DNA from: a virus
Taxonomy: Duplodnaviria; Heunggongvirae; Uroviricota; Caudoviricetes
Virus record (IMG/VR): IMGVR_UViG_3300044638_003984
DNA: 64,000 nt
Reading direction: 5' to 3' (one strand)
Of the stretch, positions 26,223 to 37,155 are shown piece by piece; position 1 is the first letter of the stretch; every line of letters begins with the position of its first letter. A program made the position numbers and the translations under genes. The notes under the pieces were generated by a model. It made no database searches. It saw nothing but the letters and a program-made list of their open reading frames with translations, and was not told where the DNA came from.

Positions 26223-29200
26223 ATGACAACTCTGAATTTCAATACATCATCGAATTCAATAGTCGATTCATCAATATCAATAACATCCCATAATTTAATA
26301 ACTGGAGTTAATGTAAGATATCAAAATGGCTCTGACCCATCACCATATAATATTGGTTTGACAGATGGAACCGAATATTATGTTGTAGTTAAAAATACAA
26401 ATACAATTTATCTGACATCTAATTTAGATGATATACAATTCTTTTTGAGTTCATTTGATGATTTAATTAATTTGAATGAAAATTCCATTTATATCGATGA
26501 ACACAATTTTTCTACTGGTGATAGAGTTATATATTCTTCTAATGAGGGAATTGATATTGGTGGATTAACTTCTTGGCAAATCTATTATGTAATATCGATT
26601 GATGAAAACAAAATAAAATTAGCAACAAATTATTCGAACGCATTGAATAATATTTCTGTTGATTTAACGAATTTGGGTGAAGGATATACTCATTTAATAT
26701 TTAAATATATTGAGTTATCACCTTCTTCTCTTCCAGGACAAACACATTCATTAGAATACAATTATATTGAAATTGGTGGAGGAGGAGTCTCAGGATCAAC
26801 TGGATTTACAGGATCTACTGGGTTGACAGGAGCTACAGGTCAATTCGGATCAACTGGATTTACTGGTGCAACTGGATTTACAGGATCAACTGGATTTACA
26901 GGATCTACTGGGTTGACAGGAGCTACAGGTCAATTCGGATCAACTGGATTTACTGGTGCAACTGGATTTACAGGATCAATTGGATTTACAGGATCTACTG
27001 GATTTACAGGATCAACTGGATTTACTGGTGCAACTGGATTTACAGGATCAATTGGATTTACAGGATCTACTGGATTTACAGGATCAACTGGATTTACAGG
27101 ATCAACTGGATTTACAGGATCTACTGGATTTACTGGTGCAACTGGATTTACAGGATCAACTGGATTTACAGGATCAACTGGATTTACAGGATCTACTGGA
27201 TTTACTGGTGCAACTGGATTTACAGGATCAACTGGATTTACAGGATCTACTGGATTTACAGGATCAACTGGATTGACAGGAGCTACAGGTCAATTCGGAT
27301 CAACAGGATTTACTGGTGCAACTGGGCCGATTGGCGGTTCAAATACACAAGTTTTATATAATTCTAGCGGAGTCGCCACAGGTTCTGCCAATTTTACATT
27401 TGATGGAACTAGGGCAACCATTGCTGCGTTGACGGTAGATACAAGTACATTGTATGTTGATGCAACAAATGATAGAGTTGGTATTGGGACAACGAGTCCT
27501 GCGGTTATTTTAGATCTTGGTGGTGGAACAAATTTTGTTAATGGTGTAACATCTTATACTGGTATTTCACCAACTGCAAAAACAATACAAATATATGATG
27601 CCACACAATCTTTCTTAAATTTAGTCAGCGGTGTTGACACCGCTGGTGCAGTGCTAGGTGGAATATTTTTCAGTAGAAGTCTTGGTCAAGGCGATGCTCA
27701 CTACAATGTTGCTGGAATAACTGCTTTACAAAATAGTACAGGAACAATTTCTGGTGGGGAATTATTATTTTATACAAAGGCTAACTCTTCACCTACAGAG
27801 AAAATGAGAATCAATGTAACAGGTGACATTATTTTCGGAAATGGGGAATCGAGTGCTACAACTACAGCAGCTACTTTAAGAGGACCAGCTAGAACAGGAA
27901 CAAATGCTGCTGGTTCTAACTTAACTATTGCTACTGGCAATGGAACTGGAACGGGTGGTAGCGGATCTCTAATATTTCAAACTGCTTCTGCCGGATCTTC
28001 TGGGACAACGGCAAATACTTTAAGTGAAAGAATGAGAATCGACTCCTCCGGCAACGTCGGTATTGGAACAGCGAGTCCAAAGCAATTGCTGCATGTAGCT
28101 GGGCAAGGATTGTTTACAACTAGTACATCAAGTTATGACCCAGGTGATTCAGCCGGATCTGCGGTAAGAATCGGTTACAATACTGGTGGAGATTATGGAT
28201 ATGTAATATCCAACAATACTGGCGTAGCCAGTAAACGACTTCTTGTTGGCGGATCTACTGTTGAATTTCTAGTTAGCGGCGCAGAAAAAGGCCGTTTTAA
28301 CTCTGATGGGAAGTTTGGTATTGGAACGACGAGTCCATTAACCACACTACATGTAGGTGCTGTTGCTGCCCTCGACGGCGATGTCACTCTTAGTGCTGGC
28401 ACTAACATGGTGTATGCCACTGCTACTAGTGGGGCGGCGCTGACCTGGAATGCAACCACCAATGGTGGATATGCAAACACCATCATGGCTAGATTACAGC
28501 CTCGCCAGGACACTGGCGCAAACTACTGCTTGGATGTATTCTGCGGTACCTGGAACAACAACAACTCTGCTGGCACTGCTATTGCTACATTCTCAAGTTC
28601 TGGCAATGTCGGTATTGGAACGCAAAGTCCATCTAAGAAAGGTTCCGTAGGGACTGCCGGGACGGACGGCTTTGCGATCCAGTATTCCCCCACCTCGCAA
28701 GAAGTTTTTTCAGTTACGGCAAACACAGGGACTGGCGAGACAAAATTCTTTTGCGATACCAATTACTTCCAGACGTTCTACACGAATAACTCTGAAAAGA
28801 TGCGTGTTAATACTGATGGATACCTTCTTGTTGGATACGCTTCTTCAAACGGATCATACAAACTCCAGGTTAACTCTCAGATATTTGCTACTAACGCAAC
28901 CATCGCTACCTCTGATGGACAATACAAGCAGAACGTTGTTTCGTTGCAGTCTGGTTTGGACGTGATAGAAAAGCTCAATCCAGTCACTTTTAACTGGAAG
29001 GATCACGATATTCACAACTTTGAGAGTGGTACTCAGGTTGGCTTCATCGCTCAGGAAGTTAAGGAGGTTCTTGCGGATACTCCGTACCTGGATTCAGTCA
29101 TCAAGCGCAACGAGCTAAAGCGAGACGATGGATCTGTTGAAGAATTCTACGGCATGGCGGATGCCAAGCTGATCCCCGTATTGGTCAAAGCAATTCAAGA

Positions 29201-29240
29201 ACTGAAGGCAGAGATTGACCTTCTGAAAGCAGGAAATTAA
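26223..29240 (+). CDS. collagen-like tail fibre protein with C-terminal intramolecular chaperone (peptidase S74-like) domain
   Basis: ~170 residues of (G-S/A-T-G-F/L-T) triplet repeats; C-terminal [11 protein letters not shown]...[15 protein letters not shown] resembles endosialidase/tail-fibre self-cleaving chaperone domains. Confidence 0.7.
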   Translation: MTTLNFNTSSNSIVDSSISITSHNLITGVNVRYQNGSDPSPYNIGLTDGTEYYVVVKNTNTIYLTSNLDDIQFFLSSFDDLINLNENSIYIDEHNFSTGDRVIYSSNEGIDIGGLTSWQIYYVISIDENKIKLATNYSNALNNISVDLTNLGEGYTHLIFKYIELSPSSLPGQTHSLEYNYIEIGGGGVSGSTGFTGSTGLTGATGQFGSTGFTGATGFTGSTGFTGSTGLTGATGQFGSTGFTGATGFTGSIGFTGSTGFTGSTGFTGATGFTGSIGFTGSTGFTGSTGFTGSTGFTGSTGFTGATGFTGSTGFTGSTGFTGSTGFTGATGFTGSTGFTGSTGFTGSTGLTGATGQFGSTGFTGATGPIGGSNTQVLYNSSGVATGSANFTFDGTRATIAALTVDTSTLYVDATNDRVGIGTTSPAVILDLGGGTNFVNGVTSYTGISPTAKTIQIYDATQSFLNLVSGVDTAGAVLGGIFFSRSLGQGDAHYNVAGITALQNSTGTISGGELLFYTKANSSPTEKMRINVTGDIIFGNGESSATTTAATLRGPARTGTNAAGSNLTIATGNGTGTGGSGSLIFQTASAGSSGTTANTLSERMRIDSSGNVGIGTASPKQLLHVAGQGLFTTSTSSYDPGDSAGSAVRIGYNTGGDYGYVISNNTGVASKRLLVGGSTVEFLVSGAEKGRFNSDGKFGIGTTSPLTTLHVGAVAALDGDVTLSAGTNMVYATATSGAALTWNATTNGGYANTIMARLQPRQDTGANYCLDVFCGTWNNNNSAGTAIATFSSSGNVGIGTQSPSKKGSVGTAGTDGFAIQYSPTSQEVFSVTANTGTGETKFFCDTNYFQTFYTNNSEKMRVNTDGYLLVGYASSNGSYKLQVNSQIFATNATIATSDGQYKQNVVSLQSGLDVIEKLNPVTFNWKDHDIHNFESGTQVGFIAQEVKEVLADTPYLDSVIKRNELKRDDGSVEEFYGMADAKLIPVLVKAIQELKAEIDLLKAGN
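26790..27340 (+). repeat. tandem 9/18-bp repeats (ggatttacaggatcaact units) encoding collagen-like G-X-Y triplets
   Basis: About 30 near-identical 18-bp units with higher-order ~96-bp periodicity. Confidence 0.8.
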
Positions 29241-29363
29241 TGGCTATCACATACGATTGGATCTTCAACCCCTTTGATTCAAGGATCGACTAGATGGATC
29301 AAAGAACTTTCTGAACAAAATAAACAGTTATTAGAAGAGATAAATAAATTAAAAGGGTAATAT

Positions 29364-29693
29364 ATGGCAATTAATTTTACGTGGCAATTCAGCAACTTCA
29401 AAGTCAAACCAAGTTTGGATGAACTAGAAGATGTATTGGTTTCCTATGAATGGCGAAGAGGAGCAAAAGATGGAGAGTATTTTATAGATTGTTATGGTTT
29501 ATTATCTCTATCAGATCCTGACCGAGATTCTTTTAAAGATTATGAAACTTTAACAAAAGATGATATAATTAACTGGACTATTTCCAAATTAACACAAGAA
29601 ACTGTTGATAATTATGATTTAAGTTTGGTGTCTCAGATTGAAAATTTGAAGAATCCGCCATTAATAACCAAACCCGTTCCTTGGAGCGAATAA
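29364..29693 (+). CDS. hypothetical protein (109 aa) upstream of terminase genes
   Basis: ORF track. Confidence 0.45.
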   Translation: MAINFTWQFSNFKVKPSLDELEDVLVSYEWRRGAKDGEYFIDCYGLLSLSDPDRDSFKDYETLTKDDIINWTISKLTQETVDNYDLSLVSQIENLKNPPLITKPVPWSE

Positions 29694-29694
29694 A

Positions 29695-30081
29695 ATGATC
29701 GATGATAAATTGAATGAAATCTTCGATATAGAGTCTACACCAAATCAATCAGATATCATTAAAAACGTCCCACCAGTACGAGAAGATATTGATGAAGATA
29801 TTGAAGCAGCAAAAAAGATACATCGTGATCTAATGGAAAAATCACAAGATGCTTTAGATAATCTGATTGAATTTGCAAAAGCATCTGAATCACCACGTGC
29901 ATATGAAGTTGTTGCCAATCTTATTAAGACGACTTCAGAAGTTGCAAAAACACTAGTAGAAATCAAGAATAAAGAAACAAAAGCTAAACCAGAAATTCAG
30001 AATAATACACAGAATAATCTTTTCGTCGGTTCAACTGCAGAATTACAGAAGTTCTTGAAAGGACAAAAAGAAGATGTTTAA
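29695..30081 (+). CDS. terminase small subunit, T4 gp16-like
   Basis: SPRAYEVVANLIKTTSEVAKTLVEIK block resembles T4 gp16 [27 protein letters not shown]; immediately precedes gp17. Confidence 0.65.
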   Translation: MIDDKLNEIFDIESTPNQSDIIKNVPPVREDIDEDIEAAKKIHRDLMEKSQDALDNLIEFAKASESPRAYEVVANLIKTTSEVAKTLVEIKNKETKAKPEIQNNTQNNLFVGSTAELQKFLKGQKEDV

Positions 30082-31663
30082 TACAGGTGATAAGAATTAT
30101 TATCTAAATCCACAAATAAAAAGATCTGGATTATCGGAAGAATACACCACAGAACAGATTCAAGAGTATGTTAAATGTTCACAGGATCCAATATACTTTA
30201 TAGAAAATTATGTAGAGATTAATTCTCTTGATAAAGGATTCGTGAAATTCAAAACACGTGGTTATCAACAAGATCTAATAGAAAAATACCATAAAAATAA
30301 AAAGAATATTGTACTTTCAAGTAGACAGAGTGGAAAAACGATTACTACTGCATCATTCATTCTTTGGTATATATTCTTTAATCCTGATAAGAATGTTGCA
30401 ATTCTAGCAAATAAAGCTGCAGTAGCAAGAGAAATTCTAGCAAGAATAGTTGCTTCTTTCGAACGAATACCATTCTTCTTACAACCTGGTGTTAAAATTC
30501 TAAATAAAGGTTCTGTAGAATTGGGTAATTCTTCTAGAATAATTGCATCTGCAACTTCAGCATCCGCAATTCGTGGTTTTTCAGTTTCGTTACTTTATCT
30601 AGATGAATTTGGTTTCGTAGATAATGCGGAAGAATTCTTTAGATCAGTTATTCCAACAATTTCATCGGGCGAAACAACAAAAGTTATTATTTCATCTACA
30701 CCAAATGGGTTGAATCTTTTCCATAAATTGTGGAAAGATGCTATAGATGGAAATAATGATTATGTACCGACAGAGATAACTTGGGATCAAGTTCCAGGAA
30801 GAGACGAATCTTGGAAGAATCTACAAATTGCGCAACTCGGAGAACATGGATTTAGACAAGAATTCGGAAATGAATTTCTTGGATCTTCGAATACTCTAAT
30901 TTCTGGATATAAATTGCAATCTCTAACTTGGGAAAAACCAAAATTAGATTCTGATTCTTTAATTATTTTGGAAGAACCTATTCAAAATCATAATTATGTA
31001 ATTTCAGTAGATTCTTCTAGAGGAGTCGAAAATGATTATTCAGTTGCAATTGTTATCGATACAACACAAATTCCATATAAAATAGTTGCAAGATTTAAAG
31101 ATAATACAACTAGACCAATACTTCTACCGAATATCATTGTTGATTTGGCAAAGAAATATAATATGGCATTTTTGTTAATAGAAAGAAATACAGTAGGACA
31201 AACAGTTGCAGAATCCTGTTATTGGGATTTAGAATATGAAAATATATTCACAACTATTCCAGGAAAATCTGGACAAGAATTACGATCATCATTTTCAAAA
31301 TCAAATAAAATCGGTGTTGAAATGACTTCACAAGTGAAAAGATTGGGTACTTCTATTCTAAAAACGCTTGTTGAAGAAGATAAGTTAATTAATTATACAG
31401 AAGATATTGTTAATGAATTATATTCATTTATTAATAAACATGGTTCTTGGGGTGGAGAAGCAGGAAAACATGATGATCTTGTTATGTCTTTAGTGTTGTT
31501 TTCTTGGGCGACAAACCAATCTTTCTTTAAAGAAATAACAAATTCTGATTTAAGAAAATCGTTTTTCGATTCACAGGAAGAATCTGTAGAAGAAATCTAT
31601 TCTTTTGCTGGAATTACTACTGGATCTGAAGAAGAAACTGCAGATAATTCTTGGTTAATTTAG
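30074..31663 (+). CDS. terminase large subunit, T4 gp17-like
   Basis: Walker A SSRQSGKT; GYQQDLIEKY, YLDEFGFV, STPNGLNLFHKLW and HDDLVMSLVLFSW blocks match T4 gp17. Confidence 0.9.
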   Translation: MFNTGDKNYYLNPQIKRSGLSEEYTTEQIQEYVKCSQDPIYFIENYVEINSLDKGFVKFKTRGYQQDLIEKYHKNKKNIVLSSRQSGKTITTASFILWYIFFNPDKNVAILANKAAVAREILARIVASFERIPFFLQPGVKILNKGSVELGNSSRIIASATSASAIRGFSVSLLYLDEFGFVDNAEEFFRSVIPTISSGETTKVIISSTPNGLNLFHKLWKDAIDGNNDYVPTEITWDQVPGRDESWKNLQIAQLGEHGFRQEFGNEFLGSSNTLISGYKLQSLTWEKPKLDSDSLIILEEPIQNHNYVISVDSSRGVENDYSVAIVIDTTQIPYKIVARFKDNTTRPILLPNIIVDLAKKYNMAFLLIERNTVGQTVAESCYWDLEYENIFTTIPGKSGQELRSSFSKSNKIGVEMTSQVKRLGTSILKTLVEEDKLINYTEDIVNELYSFINKHGSWGGEAGKHDDLVMSLVLFSWATNQSFFKEITNSDLRKSFFDSQEESVEEIYSFAGITTGSEEETADNSWLI

Positions 31664-31676
31664 AAAACCCTTTTTT

Positions 31677-31684
31677 TATAAATA
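31677..31684 (+). promoter_or_regulatory. T4-type late promoter TATAAATA upstream of the tail sheath gene
   Basis: Exact octamer ~55 nt upstream of the ATG at 31739. Confidence 0.5.
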
Positions 31685-31738
31685 TAACTAGAAATATATA
31701 TTCGAAAGAATAAAAACCTCTCAACAAGGAGAAAAATA

Positions 31739-33679
31739 ATGGCTTTTCAGCTTAGTCCAGGCGTAAATGTTTCTGAAATCGATTTAACAACTACGGTTCC
31801 TGCAGTTGCAACTTCAATTGGAGCAATTGCTGGCGCTTTCCAATGGGGCCCAGTTTTAGAAATAAGAACAATTTCTTCAGAAATTGAATTAATAGATACT
31901 TTCTTTAAACCAAATAACACTGTTGCAGATACTTTCTTTTCTGCAGCAAATTTCTTACAATATTCTAATGCTCTAAGAGTTGTTAGAAATGTTGGTACTG
32001 ATGCTAGAAATGCAACAAATGGCGCTTCTGGTATTTCCGGATTGACTATTGCAAATGCTGGTGTGTCAAATAATATGGCACCAGGAACTTTTGCATTATC
32101 ATTTACAGGTGCTACTGGAGCAGGTTCTGGTGCTGCTGGTACTGCAACTATATCTTATGGTGCAACAGGAGCAATTGTTTCTGCAGTAACTCTGACAAAT
32201 GCAGGATCAGGATATACTTCTGCTCCAACAGTTGGTATTACAGGTGCTACAGGATTTACTACAAATTTCTCTATCACATCATCAACTGCAAATACTTTAA
32301 TTATTAAGAATGAAACTGATTATCAACAAAATTATATTTCTGGTTCAGCTTCAGCTGCTGGTACTTGGACTGCAAAGTATCCAGGAATCTTAGGAAATTC
32401 TCTGAAAGTTTCAATTTGCGACTCTCAAACTTTTTCCAGTTGGACATATAAGAATGCATTTACAGTAACACCAGGAACTTCTGATTATGTATCTACTCGT
32501 GGTGGTTCTAATGACGAATTGCATGTTATTGTTATTGACGAAGATGGTGCGTTTACTGGAACGCCAGGAACAGTATTAGAAAAATATGCTTTCTTATCAA
32601 AAGCTTCTGATGCTAAGACTGAATCCGGAGAAACTAATTATTATGCAAATGTAATCAATACCAAGTCACAATATATCTGGTGGACTAATCACCCTTCAGT
32701 TGGTGTTGATTGGGGTTCTGCCTCAACTGGTATTGCATTCGATCTATCCGGTCCTCTAACTGCTTCATTATCTGCAGGAGTTGATGCAAATACATTAACT
32801 AATGGCGAAATCCAAGCTGGTTATGATCTATTTGCCGATCCAGAAACTATTGACGTAAATCTAATTATTGGTGGATCTTCAAATACTACTGTCGGAACTT
32901 ATCTAGTCCAATCTATTGCAGAAAATAGAAAGGATGCTATTGTGTTCTTATCACCAGCCAAATCAGATGTTGTAGATAATAAAGGACAAGAAGTAACTGA
33001 CATAACAACAACCAAAAATGCACTACAATTGTCATCATCTTATGCTGTTTTTGATTCTGGTTGGAAGTATCAATACGATAAGTACAATGATGTATTCCGC
33101 TGGGTTCCTCTAAATGCAGATATTGCTGGTCTATGTGCTAGAACCGATCAAACTAACGATCCATGGTTCTCGCCAGCTGGATTTAACAGAGGAAATATCA
33201 AAAACGTTGTGAAGTTGGCATTCAATCCAGATAAGGCTGATAGAGATGATCTATATAAGATCGGCGTCAATCCTGTGGTAACTTTCCCAGGACAAGGCAC
33301 TATCTTATATGGAGATAAGACTCTTCTTTCTAAGCCTTCTGCTTTCGATAGAATCAATGTTCGTAGATTATTCATTGTTCTTGAAAAGGCAATTGCAACT
33401 GCTTCTAAATTCTCTCTATTTGAATTGAACGACGAATTTACTAGAGCACAATTTATTGGATTAGTTGAACCTTATCTACGAGATGTGCAAGGTAGAAGAG
33501 GAATTATCGATTTCAAGGTTGTGTGTGACGAAACCAATAATACTCCTCAAGTAATTGATTCTAATTCATTCGTTGGTGATATCTATATTAAGCCAGCAAG
33601 ATCTATCAATTTCATTCAATTGAATTTCGTAGCTGTCAGAACTGGCGTGGAATTTTCTGAGATTGTTGGACAATTCTAA
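31739..33679 (+). CDS. tail sheath protein, T4 gp18-like
   Basis: FQWGPV, SAANFLQYSNALRVVR, KYQYDKYNDVFRWVPLNADIAGLCARTD...WFSPAG, FDRINVRRLF and PARSINFIQLNFVA blocks match T4 gp18. Confidence 0.9.
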   Translation: MAFQLSPGVNVSEIDLTTTVPAVATSIGAIAGAFQWGPVLEIRTISSEIELIDTFFKPNNTVADTFFSAANFLQYSNALRVVRNVGTDARNATNGASGISGLTIANAGVSNNMAPGTFALSFTGATGAGSGAAGTATISYGATGAIVSAVTLTNAGSGYTSAPTVGITGATGFTTNFSITSSTANTLIIKNETDYQQNYISGSASAAGTWTAKYPGILGNSLKVSICDSQTFSSWTYKNAFTVTPGTSDYVSTRGGSNDELHVIVIDEDGAFTGTPGTVLEKYAFLSKASDAKTESGETNYYANVINTKSQYIWWTNHPSVGVDWGSASTGIAFDLSGPLTASLSAGVDANTLTNGEIQAGYDLFADPETIDVNLIIGGSSNTTVGTYLVQSIAENRKDAIVFLSPAKSDVVDNKGQEVTDITTTKNALQLSSSYAVFDSGWKYQYDKYNDVFRWVPLNADIAGLCARTDQTNDPWFSPAGFNRGNIKNVVKLAFNPDKADRDDLYKIGVNPVVTFPGQGTILYGDKTLLSKPSAFDRINVRRLFIVLEKAIATASKFSLFELNDEFTRAQFIGLVEPYLRDVQGRRGIIDFKVVCDETNNTPQVIDSNSFVGDIYIKPARSINFIQLNFVAVRTGVEFSEIVGQF

Positions 33680-33741
33680 TGATGGGAGGAGAAATCCTCC
33701 CATTTCTAACGAATAAATAAGAATAAAGGATTTAAACACAT

Positions 33742-34254
33742 ATGCCATTTAACTTAACAAATTTCAAAGGAGCGTTTGCTGCAGAAGGCGCAAGACCTAC
33801 TCTGTTTGAAGCAGATGTTTTTGGAGGAGGGATTGGTCCAGACTTCAAATTCCATTGCAAGGCGGCACAATTACCAGGAAAGACAATAGGAATTGTTGAA
33901 GTTCCTTATTTTGGTAGAAAAATTAAGGTAGCTGGTGATCAAACGTTCGCAGAATGGACTGTAACTGTGATGAATGAAGAAACATTCAATGTCAGAAACG
34001 CATTCGAAAGATGGATGAGTGGAATTAATGCTCATGTTAGAAACGTGAAAACTGATGGTGGTTATAAAACAACTACAGCTCAAGTTCGTCAATATTCAAA
34101 AGAAGGAACTGTATTAAAGAGATATAATTTCGTCGGAATATGGCCTTCTGATATTGCACCAATAGATGTTTCTTGGGAATCTAATGATACAATTGAAGAA
34201 TTTACAGTAACTCTTCAATATGATTGGTGGGAATCAGTTCCTAATATTAATTAA
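33742..34254 (+). CDS. tail tube protein, T4 gp19-like
   Basis: FKFHCKAAQLPG, VAGDQTFAEWTVTVMNEE and AQVRQYSKEG blocks match T4 gp19. Confidence 0.85.
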   Translation: MPFNLTNFKGAFAAEGARPTLFEADVFGGGIGPDFKFHCKAAQLPGKTIGIVEVPYFGRKIKVAGDQTFAEWTVTVMNEETFNVRNAFERWMSGINAHVRNVKTDGGYKTTTAQVRQYSKEGTVLKRYNFVGIWPSDIAPIDVSWESNDTIEEFTVTLQYDWWESVPNIN

Positions 34255-34265
34255 GGATTCACTGA

Positions 34266-35876
34266 ATGTTTGATTTTTTTGGTTTTACTATCAAGAGAAA
34301 AGGTCCGGAAGAGGAGAAAGAATTACTTTCTCCTGTTCCACCACAATCTGACGACGAAGCTACTATAGTAACTTCTAGTGGTGGTTTCGTCAACACATCG
34401 TTTAATACGGAGTTTTCTTCTTCAGATAAGAGAGTTCTGATAAACAAATATAGAGAACTTTCTCTTATGCCAGAAATCGAATCGGCAATTGATGAAATCG
34501 TTAACGAAGCAATTGTTACCGGAGACCCAGAATCTCCGGTCGGAGTTATTTTAGACCGTCTTCCTTTTTCAGAAGATATTAAAGAAGTAATACAAGACGA
34601 ATTTTCTGCAGTCTTGAATCTACTTGATTTCAATGAAAATGCTTACGAAATATTCAAAAGATGGTATATAGATGGAAGATTATTCTTTTCAGTTGTAATT
34701 GATTCGAAGAATACAAAAGATGGTATTCAAGAACTAAGATATATTGATCCAAGAGAAATTGAAAAGATCAGAGAAGTGAAAGAAGAATTTTCTAAGCGTG
34801 GTGTGAAGTTACAAAAGACTGTACAAGAATATTATTTTTATAAAAACGATATTAAGTTACCTGCAGATTCAGTAGCATATTGTAACTCAGGATTGATTGA
34901 TTATAAAAATAAAGCAACAGTAATTTCGTACTTACACAAATCAATTAAACCGTACAATCAATTGAGAATGTTAGAAGATGCTACTGTAATCTACAGGTTA
35001 GCAAGAGCTCCTGAAAGAAGAGTCTTCAAGATTGGAACTGGTGGGCTTCCAAAAATTAAAGCAGAACAATATGTAAATTCATTGATGAATAAGTTCAGAA
35101 ATAAGATTGTATATGATCAAGCAACAGGAGATCTCAGAGACGATTCAAGAACTCTATCCGTTCTTGAAGATTTCTGGATTCCAGTTGGAGAAGATGGTAA
35201 GACAACAGACATCTCTACTCTACCTGGTGGACAAAATCTCGGTGAAATGGGAGATGTGGAATACTTCCGCAAGAAATTATATAATGCCCTACATGTCCCA
35301 ATCACTAGAATTTCAGAAGGATCTACATTCAATACAGGTAGATCTGCAGAAATAGATAGAGAAGAAGTTAAGTTTAACAAATTTATTAAAAGATTAAGAG
35401 TGAGATTCTCTTCTATCTTCACAGATCTTCTGAGAACTCAGTTAATTCTAAAGAATATTATAACTACTGAAGAATGGGATACTTATGTGAAGAACAATAT
35501 TTATTATGACTTCAGAAAAGATTCTCACTTCGCAGAATATAATGAAGCTGAAATCATGTCTAGAAGAATGGAATTGGCCTCATCTGCAATAAGTTTAGGT
35601 GATAATTATTTCTCTGAAGATTATATTAAGAAACACTTCTTGAAGTTATCTGATGAAGAATTGAAGGAAATGGAAACAGATAAAGAATCTGTTCCTGATG
35701 AAGAGACTCCTGTAGAACCTGAGATGGATCTAGGAATGTCGGACCTTGGTAATCCTTCTCCTGAAGAACTTCCACCATTAGAAACTCCAGAGATTTCTAA
35801 CATTGAATTACCTCAACAAAATCCCTCAACAATTATAAATAAGAAAGGGAAAGAAAATGAACCTAGAAAATTTTAA
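34266..35876 (+). CDS. portal vertex protein, T4 gp20-like
   Basis: YLHKSIKPYNQLRMLEDATVIYRLARAPERRV and FWIP...GKTTDISTLPG blocks match T4 gp20. Confidence 0.9.
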   Translation: MFDFFGFTIKRKGPEEEKELLSPVPPQSDDEATIVTSSGGFVNTSFNTEFSSSDKRVLINKYRELSLMPEIESAIDEIVNEAIVTGDPESPVGVILDRLPFSEDIKEVIQDEFSAVLNLLDFNENAYEIFKRWYIDGRLFFSVVIDSKNTKDGIQELRYIDPREIEKIREVKEEFSKRGVKLQKTVQEYYFYKNDIKLPADSVAYCNSGLIDYKNKATVISYLHKSIKPYNQLRMLEDATVIYRLARAPERRVFKIGTGGLPKIKAEQYVNSLMNKFRNKIVYDQATGDLRDDSRTLSVLEDFWIPVGEDGKTTDISTLPGGQNLGEMGDVEYFRKKLYNALHVPITRISEGSTFNTGRSAEIDREEVKFNKFIKRLRVRFSSIFTDLLRTQLILKNIITTEEWDTYVKNNIYYDFRKDSHFAEYNEAEIMSRRMELASSAISLGDNYFSEDYIKKHFLKLSDEELKEMETDKESVPDEETPVEPEMDLGMSDLGNPSPEELPPLETPEISNIELPQQNPSTIINKKGKENEPRKF

Positions 35877-36249
35877 GCAAGCATATGTAAAGACAATATC
35901 GGAATCAACAGATGATTCGGATCTCACGAATTATATCAGATCTATTGTAGAAGAAGCGGTAACTGAAGGCAAACTATCTAGTTTAGCGAAAACGGCGGTC
36001 GGACGTTTAGGGAAAATGGCTGGGATTGGATCAAAAAACGAACCAAATTTTGGCTTCAAACCAAAAGACAAAGTTGGTACTCCAAAAGAACAAGAACAAG
36101 CCATGGAACAATTAGATAATATTAGAAATTATTTTATGGAGATAGATGATTTACTAAGAATATTAGATACCAAAATCAAGAATGAATACATTGATGACTT
36201 TATTGATGAATTCAATGAGTTACTCGTAGATCTTAAATCATTAAAATAA
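35857..36249 (+). CDS. prohead core protein (gp67/gp68-like position), acidic
   Basis: Between portal and prohead protease as in T4; shares its N-terminal MNLENFKxAY with the small ORF at 41251. Confidence 0.45.
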   Translation: MNLENFKQAYVKTISESTDDSDLTNYIRSIVEEAVTEGKLSSLAKTAVGRLGKMAGIGSKNEPNFGFKPKDKVGTPKEQEQAMEQLDNIRNYFMEIDDLLRILDTKIKNEYIDDFIDEFNELLVDLKSLK

Positions 36250-36265
36250 AATAGAGTATAATATT

Positions 36266-36289
36266 GTGAGGCTCCTGCAGGAGCCTCAC
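36266..36289. other. GC-rich perfect 10-bp-stem hairpin GTGAGGCTCC-TGCA-GGAGCCTCAC
   Basis: Exceptional GC-rich palindrome in an AT-rich genome, between a stop codon and the next RBS; no U-tract follows. Confidence 0.6.
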
Positions 36290-36307
36290 ACGGAGATCGA
36301 GGATTAT

Positions 36308-36463
36308 ATGACACAAACCGAAAGAACAAAAATTGAAACCATTATTAATTATTGCAAAGAAGATAATCCGCAAGCAATAAAACCACTAATGAACTCTTTA
36401 ATTGCTAGTAGAATTTCTCATTTATTAGATCAAAAGAGAGATCAAATTAAGAAAGAGATATAA
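36308..36463 (+). CDS. hypothetical small protein (51 aa)
   Basis: ATG with GAGGA RBS just downstream of the hairpin; ORF-track ORF trimmed. Confidence 0.3.
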   Translation: MTQTERTKIETIINYCKEDNPQAIKPLMNSLIASRISHLLDQKRDQIKKEI

Positions 36464-36466
36464 TAA

Positions 36467-36886
36467 ATGGCGACAACAACTATCTTAAGACAAGACGAAA
36501 ATTCTGCAGTTGTTACTATTTCTGGTGCTGGAGCAGAAACTCTAGCATTCGTTTTACATCCAGGTGGTGCAACAGGTCCAATCGGCGCCACTGGTTTCGC
36601 TGGAACAACAGGCGTTGGAATTGTTTCTTTAGAAAAGATAGATTGGTCTATCACAGGAACTAACAAAATCTCATTATATTTCAACGGATCAACTGATCAA
36701 TTGATTGGTCATTATGATGGATCTGGTAGAATTGATTATTATAGAGATTATCAAACTAAGATTACTAATATCGCCCCAGCCACAGATTCAACAATCTTAT
36801 TAACTTCTACTACATCCGATCCATATGTTCTTGTTATGAAACTAGAAAAAACATCGGGATTTGTTAAGGTTGGACAATACTCTTAA
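36467..36886 (+). CDS. hypothetical head-module protein with GPIGATGFAGTTG collagen-like motif
   Basis: ORF track; position in the prohead core gene block. Confidence 0.4.
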   Translation: MATTTILRQDENSAVVTISGAGAETLAFVLHPGGATGPIGATGFAGTTGVGIVSLEKIDWSITGTNKISLYFNGSTDQLIGHYDGSGRIDYYRDYQTKITNIAPATDSTILLTSTTSDPYVLVMKLEKTSGFVKVGQYS

Positions 36887-37155
36887 TGCTTAACGAAAAA
36901 ACAGTTAAGATGGGTCAGAAAATCCGCTACGATAGGGTTCGTGGCGGTAAGATTCAACGTAAGAAGATTAAATCTGCTAAAGCAGGATATAGAGTTTCTG
37001 GTAAAAAATTAGTTAGAATGAATCCCGCTGAAAAAAGAAAACGAGCAATATCTGCTAGAAAAGCGTCAAGAAAAAGAGCAGCAAAATTATCATCAATCTT
37101 AAAGAAAAGAAAGATCTCAATTAAAAAAGGTAAAAGAGCAGGAATATACAAATGA
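36886..37155 (+). CDS. highly basic small protein (internal head protein / prohead core candidate)
   Basis: About 40% Lys/Arg; sits before gp21 where T4 has the gp67/gp68 core proteins. Confidence 0.45.
   Translation: MLNEKTVKMGQKIRYDRVRGGKIQRKKIKSAKAGYRVSGKKLVRMNPAEKRKRAISARKASRKRAAKLSSILKKRKISIKKGKRAGIYK

Noticed and set aside
26956-27276. ORF encoding [12 protein letters not shown]...
   Set aside because: It is an alternative frame of the collagen-like 18-bp repeats inside the tail-fibre gene.
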